Positions 58,765 to 64,000 of a stretch of 64,000 bases of DNA are shown piece after piece (within the stretch, counting starts at the first letter, position 1; each line of letters opens with the position of its first letter). The notes below the pieces were generated by a model. That model worked only from the letters and a program-made list of their open reading frames with translations. It was not told the origin of the DNA and did no database searches. Both the position numbers and the translations under genes were made by a program. This stretch comes from Actinomycetota bacterium (GTDB lineage: Bacteria; Actinomycetota; Acidimicrobiia; Spongiisociales; UBA11373): the NCBI GenBank assembly GCA_016870535.1, contig VGBK01000001.1, positions 11,311 to 75,310 of the forward strand, read 5' to 3'.

Positions 58765-60897
58765 TCAGGCTCGGCCGGCGGCGACCTCTTCTTCGCGGGT
58801 ACGGCCGGCGAGCAGGATCAGGTCCTCGTGCAGTTCGAACCAGATGCTGTGGTAGCTGTCCACCCGGGGCGAGGCGATGTAGCGGGAATCGCCCTCGGCC
58901 ACCCGGAGGGCGGCCTCGTCGAGCCGCGCGGCGTACCCCCCCAGCCAGGGCAGCGACCCGGCAAGTCCGGCGAGCCAGGGCCCGGCTCCGGCGTGGAGTT
59001 CGGCCACCTCGGCCAGCACCCCGGCGTCGTAGGCGGCGTCGGTGTGGTCGTTGATCACCTGCTGGCCATCGACCTCGCGCATCTGCCAGGCGGTGACCAC
59101 CGCCTTCATCTTCCGGTCGAAGGGAACGAAGGCCTCCAGGGCGGCTTCGGCATCGGCGTTGCCCCACTGCGTGGTGTCGGCGGCGACCAGGGCGGCCCCC
59201 TTCTCCCTCCCTTCGGGCGTCAGGGAGAACATCCCCCCGGCGCTCTTGACCACTCCGGCGGCCGCCGCCTGCTCCAGCGCGGACGCTACGGCGGCTTCGG
59301 GCGCCCGGAGGATGGTGGCCACCCCGGCCGGATCGGCAATCCCCTTCACCGTAAGGGCCCGCGCCACCCCGTCCACCGTGGCTTCCTCGGTGGCAGAAGC
59401 GGATCCGCCGGGCGCGGCTGCCGGCACCGCCTCGGGGGCGGCGATCTCGATGCCGAGTTCCTTGGCCCAGGCCAGCAGCGTGGCCGCCTCGGGCACGACG
59501 GCGGCAACCCCCGCCACCGCTCCGGCGAACACCTCGCCGCGGTTCCCGTCGATGGTGATGACCTCCCCGGCAGCAAACCGGTGCCCACCGATGATCACCG
59601 TATCGCCGCGCACTTGCACCTCGGCAGCGCCCACCACCGCAGGGATGCCCCAGCCCCGGGCCACCACGGCGGCGTGGCTGGCCAGGCCCCCGGTGGCGGT
59701 GAGGATCCCGACGGACTTGGCCATGCCGGGCACGTCGTCGGGTGAGGTCTCCCGGCGCACCAGGATCACATCGCGGCCCTGCTCCCGGGCGGCCACCGCC
59801 GCCGCGGGACTGGTGACGATCTCGCCGCAGGCCAGGCCGGGAGAGGCTCCCAGGCCCCGGGCGATGACTGCCGCCGTCTCCTGCCTCTCGGAGGGGGCGT
59901 GGGGCGGATCGGTCAGCAGGTGGGCCACCCGTCGCACCGCGTCGACGCGGGAGAGGGGGAAGTCGGGATCCTCGGCCATCTCCACCGCGATGCGGAGGGC
60001 CGCCTGGGGGCTGCGTTTCCCCACGCGAGTCTGCAGCATCCACAGGCGCCCCCGCTCGATGGTGAACTCAATGTCGCAGACGTCGGAGTAGAAACGCTCC
60101 AGGGCGGCGGCGTTGGCGCGCAGTTCGGCGGCGACCGCCGGCATCCGCTCGTCGAGCACGGCGATGGGCTCGGTCTGGTGCGTGCCGGCGACCACATCCT
60201 CCCCCTGGGCGCAGAACATGATGTCGCCGTACAGGGCGTTCTCCCCGGTGGCCGGGTTGCGGGTGAAGATCACCCCGGTGGCCGAGTCGTCGCTGAGATT
60301 GCCGAAGACCATGGCCTGGATGATCACCCCGGTGCCCAGGTCGTCGGGAATGCCCTCGCGTCGCCGGTAGGCGACGGCGCGTTCGCCATTCCACGAGCGA
60401 AAGACCGCTTCCACCGCCCCACGCAACTGCTCCCAGGGATCCTGGGGCACCGGCACGCCGACGACCTCGAGGTAGGACTCCTCCAGCCGGGTGCGCAGCG
60501 CCTCCACGAAGGCGGCATCGCCCGACGACCGGGCCAGGGCCGGGGCGGTGGCCGCGTTGAGGCCCAGGTTGAGCAGGGTGTCCATCATCCCCGGCATCGA
60601 GACGGGAGCCCCCGAGCGCACGCTCACCAGCAACGGGTCCGCCGGGTCGCCGAAGCCGCGGCCCAGCGCGTGCTCCAGGCGGGCCAGGTGGTCTCTGATC
60701 TCCGCCTCCAGGCCCTCGGGCCAGCCGGCGGCCAGGTACTCCAGGCAGGCGGCGGTGGACACGGCGAAGGCGGGGGGCACCGGCAGCCCGAGTTCGTTGG
60801 CCATGGCGGCCAGGTTGGCCGCCTTGCTGCCGATGATGCGGCGGGCTTCGGGGAGCGGCCGTCCGTGCAGATCCTCGAAGGAGAACACCCGGGTCAT
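58765..60897 (-). CDS. PPDK-like protein: ATP-grasp + phospho-His swivel domain + non-canonical C-terminal domain (no PEP/pyruvate TIM barrel)
   Basis: GSKAANL, LVSVRSGAPVSMPGMMDT, QAMVFGN, AQGEDVVAG, DIEFTIE, LQTR and GGLASHAAVVAR. C-terminal ~200 aa end in DSYHSIWFELHEDL. Confidence 0.85.
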   Translation of the reverse strand: MTRVFSFEDLHGRPLPEARRIIGSKAANLAAMANELGLPVPPAFAVSTAACLEYLAAGWPEGLEAEIRDHLARLEHALGRGFGDPADPLLVSVRSGAPVSMPGMMDTLLNLGLNAATAPALARSSGDAAFVEALRTRLEESYLEVVGVPVPQDPWEQLRGAVEAVFRSWNGERAVAYRRREGIPDDLGTGVIIQAMVFGNLSDDSATGVIFTRNPATGENALYGDIMFCAQGEDVVAGTHQTEPIAVLDERMPAVAAELRANAAALERFYSDVCDIEFTIERGRLWMLQTRVGKRSPQAALRIAVEMAEDPDFPLSRVDAVRRVAHLLTDPPHAPSERQETAAVIARGLGASPGLACGEIVTSPAAAVAAREQGRDVILVRRETSPDDVPGMAKSVGILTATGGLASHAAVVARGWGIPAVVGAAEVQVRGDTVIIGGHRFAAGEVITIDGNRGEVFAGAVAGVAAVVPEAATLLAWAKELGIEIAAPEAVPAAAPGGSASATEEATVDGVARALTVKGIADPAGVATILRAPEAAVASALEQAAAAGVVKSAGGMFSLTPEGREKGAALVAADTTQWGNADAEAALEAFVPFDRKMKAVVTAWQMREVDGQQVINDHTDAAYDAGVLAEVAELHAGAGPWLAGLAGSLPWLGGYAARLDEAALRVAEGDSRYIASPRVDSYHSIWFELHEDLILLAGRTREEEVAAGRA

Positions 60898-61050
60898 GAT
60901 GCGGCTTCCATCCTCGTGAGACTGACTCAGGAGAGCGCCGCCGCATGGTAGTTGGGGCGGGAGAGGCCTCGGCCATCCCCCGCCGCGGGTGCGAATGGGG
61001 GTTGGGGCGGGGTTGTGAAGGGCGCGGGGGAGGCCTGCGTGTGCAGCAGC

Positions 61051-61268
61051 CCCCTCCGGGTTCGGCCTGGCGGCCTCACCCACGTTCCCCCGTTGCCACG
61101 GGGGAGGGAAGCGAAGGGCGCGACGGAAGCCTGCGTGTTCCGCTTCCCCCTCCGGCGGCTCCCAGAGCCTCGCCGCCGCCTCCCCCGTTGCCACGGGGGA
61201 GGGAAGGGCCTGGCCCCCCTCCGGCGGGTTCCAAAGCCTCGCCGCCACCTCCCCCTTGGAGGGGGAGG
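61051..61268. repeat. Three tandem REP-like palindromic units
   Basis: CCCCTCCGG...TCCCCC(GTTGCCAC/TTGGA)GGGGGAGG units at ~61051-61109, 61146-61204 and 61215-61268. TCCCCCGTTGCCACGGGGGAGGGAAG is exact in units 1 and 2. Confidence 0.75.
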
Positions 61269-61306
61269 AACAGCCTGGCGCTTCCTCCGTACCAACGGGA
61301 AGCGAG

Positions 61307-61380
<74 letters not shown>

Positions 61381-61466
61381 GGAGCAAGGTTAGCCAGCCG
61401 TCCCGGAGGCACAACCGGGGTAGTGGCGGTCCTCTAGGCTCTGCCGCACACCAGCGAGGAGGCGGA

Positions 61467-62459
61467 GTGTCCCTCTGGGAATCTCCGGAAGACATCGTCG
61501 CCGCCCTGCAGGCCTACTCGTCGGCGGCCGCGCTGGGAGCCGCACTGGAACTGGGACTGCCCCGGCTGCTCGAGTCCGGGCCCCAGGACGCCGCGGTGGT
61601 GGCTGCGAGCCTCGGGATGCCGGTGGGGCGCTGCCGCTGGTGGCTGCAGGTGCTGGTACACCTCGGCCTCCTCGAGCGGACCCCCGGCGGCTATGGGGTG
61701 GCGGCGGCCGCCCGGCGGGCCCTCTCTGCCTACCGTCCTGAGTCGTGGGCCTTCCTGGCTCGGGAGGAGCGGGAACGCCTGCCTGCGGTGGTCGAGGCTC
61801 CCGCCCGGCTGACCCGGCCCGCCGTTGCCGGTGAGGCGGCGCCTGAAGACTACCTGGCCAAGATGGCGGCGGATCCGGAACGGGCCCGGGCTTTCACCCG
61901 CATGCTCTACGACCTGCATCGCGGCCTCGCTACCCGCCTGACGGAAGCCCTCGACCTGGCCGGGGCCCGGCGCCTGCTCGACCTGGGCGGCGGGTCGGGG
62001 GTGATGTCGCTGGCGCTTCTCGACCGTCACCCCGGCCTCAGCGCCGTAGTGGTGGATCTGACCCCGGTGTGCGCCGAAGGGCGGCGGATCGCTGCCGAGC
62101 GGGGCCTCCAGGATCGCATCGAGTACCTCGAGGGGGACTTCCTCACCGCCGACTTGCCCGGGCGGTTCGACCTGGTCCTCGAGTGCGACGTCGGCGTGTA
62201 CCCGGAGGCGCTCTTCCCCCGGGTGCGCGGGGCCCTCGAGCCCGGCGGCCGTTTCCTCATCGTCGATCTCATGGCCGATGCCGGCGCGGAGTTGCCCGAG
62301 CGGGAGTTGCACTGGGGCTTCACCGCCGCTCTCGCCGGTCCCAGCGAGCCCCCGATGACCTGGGCGCGGCTCCGCGAAGTGGCCGCGGCGGGCGGGTTTC
62401 GCCCGGGGCAGGAGCGGGAACTGGGGGAGGGCTACCGGCTCCTCGAAGCCCGGCCCTGA
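61467..62459 (+). CDS. SAM-dependent O-methyltransferase with N-terminal dimerisation domain
   Basis: ALELGL dimerisation helix, LLDLGGGSG, VVDL, EGDFL and ALEPGGRFLI. Confidence 0.87.
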   Translation: MSLWESPEDIVAALQAYSSAAALGAALELGLPRLLESGPQDAAVVAASLGMPVGRCRWWLQVLVHLGLLERTPGGYGVAAAARRALSAYRPESWAFLAREERERLPAVVEAPARLTRPAVAGEAAPEDYLAKMAADPERARAFTRMLYDLHRGLATRLTEALDLAGARRLLDLGGGSGVMSLALLDRHPGLSAVVVDLTPVCAEGRRIAAERGLQDRIEYLEGDFLTADLPGRFDLVLECDVGVYPEALFPRVRGALEPGGRFLIVDLMADAGAELPERELHWGFTAALAGPSEPPMTWARLREVAAAGGFRPGQERELGEGYRLLEARP

Positions 62460-62506
62460 GGCGGGCGGCTCTACCGGGGGTGGCGCCCGTGCCACAATGA
62501 CGAGGA

Positions 62507-62580
62507 CGGGCTGTAGCGCAGCTTGGCAGCGCACCTGCTTTGGGAGCAGGGGGTCGCCGGTTCGAATCCGGCCAGCCCGA
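62507..62580 (+). tRNA. tRNA-Pro(TGG)
   Basis: CGGGCTG acceptor stem, CCTGC-TTTGGGA-GCAGG, GGTTCGAATCC. Confidence 0.95.
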
Positions 62581-62609
62581 CGCTCCGGGCTATGCTGCCC
62601 GGGCCACCG

Positions 62610-62680
62610 GCGGGTGTAGCTCAATGGCAGAGCTCCAGCCTTCCAAGCTGGCGGTGGGGGTTCGATTCCCCTCACCCGCT
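62610..62680 (+). tRNA. tRNA-Gly(TCC)
   Basis: GCGGGTG acceptor stem, CCAGC-CTTCCAA-GCTGG, GGTTCGATTCC. Confidence 0.95.
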
Positions 62681-62701
62681 CGAGGGCTTAGGTGTCGCGC
62701 C

Positions 62702-62774
62702 GCCCCTGTAGCTCAGTGGACAGAGCAGGAGCCTTCTAAGCTCTTGGTCGGGGGTTCGAATCCCTCCGGGGGCG
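62702..62774 (+). tRNA. tRNA-Arg(TCT)
   Basis: GCCCCTG acceptor stem, GGAGC-CTTCTAA-GCTCT, GGTTCGAATCC. Confidence 0.95.
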
Positions 62775-62787
62775 CCGGACCCCGCAT

Positions 62788-62862
62788 GGTGGCCGTAGCT
62801 CAGTTGGTTAGAGCGCCAGGTTGTGGCCCTGGAGGTCGGGGGTTCGAGTCCCCTCGGTCACC
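62788..62862 (+). tRNA. tRNA-His(GTG)
   Basis: Encoded G-1 plus GTGGCCG acceptor stem with C discriminator, CCAGG-TTGTGGC-CCTGG. Confidence 0.95.
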
Positions 62863-62868
62863 CGAGGA

Positions 62869-62896
62869 ACGAGGCGGCGGCGCCGCCTCGTCGTTT
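62869..62896 (+). terminator. Hairpin after the tRNA cluster
   Basis: ACGAGGCGGC-GGC-GCCGCCTCGT followed by CGTTT. Confidence 0.5.
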
Positions 62897-62907
62897 GCGT
62901 CGGGAAG

Positions 62908-64000
62908 GTGGTGCATGTGACCGAAGTCGGCGAGCCGAATCTCCACGAGCGGCTGCTCACCGTCACCGTCGACCCCGCTGCCCTCGAGGCGGCCAAGGGC
63001 CGGGCGGCGCGGCGGCTGTCCCGGGAGGTCAAGATCAAGGGCTTCCGCCCGGGCAAGGCCCCGCAGCGGTTGGTGGAGTCGGCCGTCGGCGTCGAGACCT
63101 TGCGGCGCGAGGCCGTCGACGAGGCCCTGCCCGGCGCGGTAGCCGCCGCGGTGCGTGAGGCGGGGCTGGTGCCGGCGGTGACGCCGCGGGTGACGGCGGT
63201 GCGCGATGGGGCCGAAGGGGTGGAGGCCGACGTTCGGGTCACCCTCTGGCCCGAGGTGACCGCACTCCCCGAGTACCGGGGTCGGCGCATCGTGGTGGAC
63301 TCCCCGGAGGTGGGGGAGAGCGACGTGGACGCCCAGGTGGAGCGGATGCGCCTGCGCTTCGCCGAACTGGAGGACGTGGAGCGGGAGGGCGCCGACGGGG
63401 ACTTCTCCCTCATCGACCTCCACACCCGCTCCCCCGAGGGAGGGGAAGCCCCCGGGTCGGCCACCGACTTCCTGGTGGAGGTGGGAGCCGAGGGCTTCCT
63501 GCCCGGGCTCGGTGAGGCCCTGCGGGGCAAGCGGGCGGGGGACGTGGTCGAGTTCCCCACCACCATCCCCCAGGGAATGGGCGAGGACGGCGGCCGGGCG
63601 GTCGAGGCCCGGGTGCTGGTGAAGCAGGTGAAGACCCGCCGCCTCCCCGACCTCACCGACGAGTGGGTCGACGGGGTCTCGGAGTTCTCCACCGTGGAGG
63701 AGATGCGCGAGAGGCTGCAGGCCGACCTGCGCCGCCTGCGCCTGAGCGCCGCCCGGGTCGAACTCGAGGAGCGCCTCCTCGAGCAGCTGCGCGACGAGAT
63801 CGATCTGCGGCTCCCTCCCGATCTCATCGACGCCGAGGCCGAGGCGGTGCTGCATCGCTTCGCCCATCGCCTGGAAGCCCGCCGGGCCACCATCGAGCAG
63901 TACCTGGCGGCCACCGGGCAGAGCCGCGAGTCACTGGTGGCCGATGCCCGCTCCCAGGCGGTCCTCAACCTGCGGACCCGTCTCCTGCTGGAGGCGGTGG
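62908..64000 (+). CDS. tig: Trigger factor (partial, runs off the window; not in the ORF track; start could be 62908, 62911 or 62917)
   Basis: Manual translation gives the KIKGFRPGKAP ribosome-binding signature, an FKBP-like FLPGLGEAL segment and LPDLTDEW. Follows tRNA-Pro/Gly. Confidence 0.92.
   Translation, partial: MVHVTEVGEPNLHERLLTVTVDPAALEAAKGRAARRLSREVKIKGFRPGKAPQRLVESAVGVETLRREAVDEALPGAVAAAVREAGLVPAVTPRVTAVRDGAEGVEADVRVTLWPEVTALPEYRGRRIVVDSPEVGESDVDAQVERMRLRFAELEDVEREGADGDFSLIDLHTRSPEGGEAPGSATDFLVEVGAEGFLPGLGEALRGKRAGDVVEFPTTIPQGMGEDGGRAVEARVLVKQVKTRRLPDLTDEWVDGVSEFSTVEEMRERLQADLRRLRLSAARVELEERLLEQLRDEIDLRLPPDLIDAEAEAVLHRFAHRLEARRATIEQYLAATGQSRESLVADARSQAVLNLRTRLLLEAV

Noticed and set aside
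60898..61248. N-terminal extension of the PPDK-like ORF and 5' extension of the methyltransferase ORF in the track
   Set aside because: These extensions only translate the REP-like repeats and tRNA-Lys. Better starts are at 60897 and 61467.
61033..61268. CRISPR array
   Set aside because: Units are long, degenerate and unevenly spaced, and no cas genes are present. They fit REP-like elements better.

Overview
Very GC-rich bacterial chromosomal segment, most likely Actinomycetota and probably class Acidimicrobiia. This is inferred from the gene orders manB-trm112-pgi/pmi-ahcY, comF-hpf-RR-secA, prfB-ftsEX-smpB-ssrA, MBL-rph-rdgB-tRNA and tRNA-tig, from the Thr-rich lipoprotein linkers, and from many apparently leaderless genes. 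It holds about 53 CDSs, tmRNA (tag (A)AEPELALAA) and six tRNAs. No integrase, transposase or CRISPR array was seen. Accessory content: a KhtT-KhtT-KhtU-type K+ antiporter module, an FtsH-like protease, a DtxR-feoABC operon with a palindromic operator, a 1,882-aa repeat-containing membrane protein, a purine-salvage module (deaminase plus BMP-type ABC transporter), DUF3160 and dead-CapA lipoproteins, and a sulfotransferase/glycosyltransferase cluster. Best leads: (1) a translationally coupled DEDDh 3'-5' exonuclease plus an unannotated protein with a Pol-beta nucleotidyltransferase-like motif; (2) a PPDK-like protein lacking the pyruvate domain and carrying a different C-terminal domain; (3) a HEAT-repeat protein plus an HD-GYP protein whose HD dyad reads ID; (4) an intact prfB +1 frameshift cassette; (5) an IS630-like MITE at the ldhA stop codon; (6) an APC permease frameshift that looks like a collapsed direct repeat. 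All family assignments come from motif recognition by eye, not database searches.
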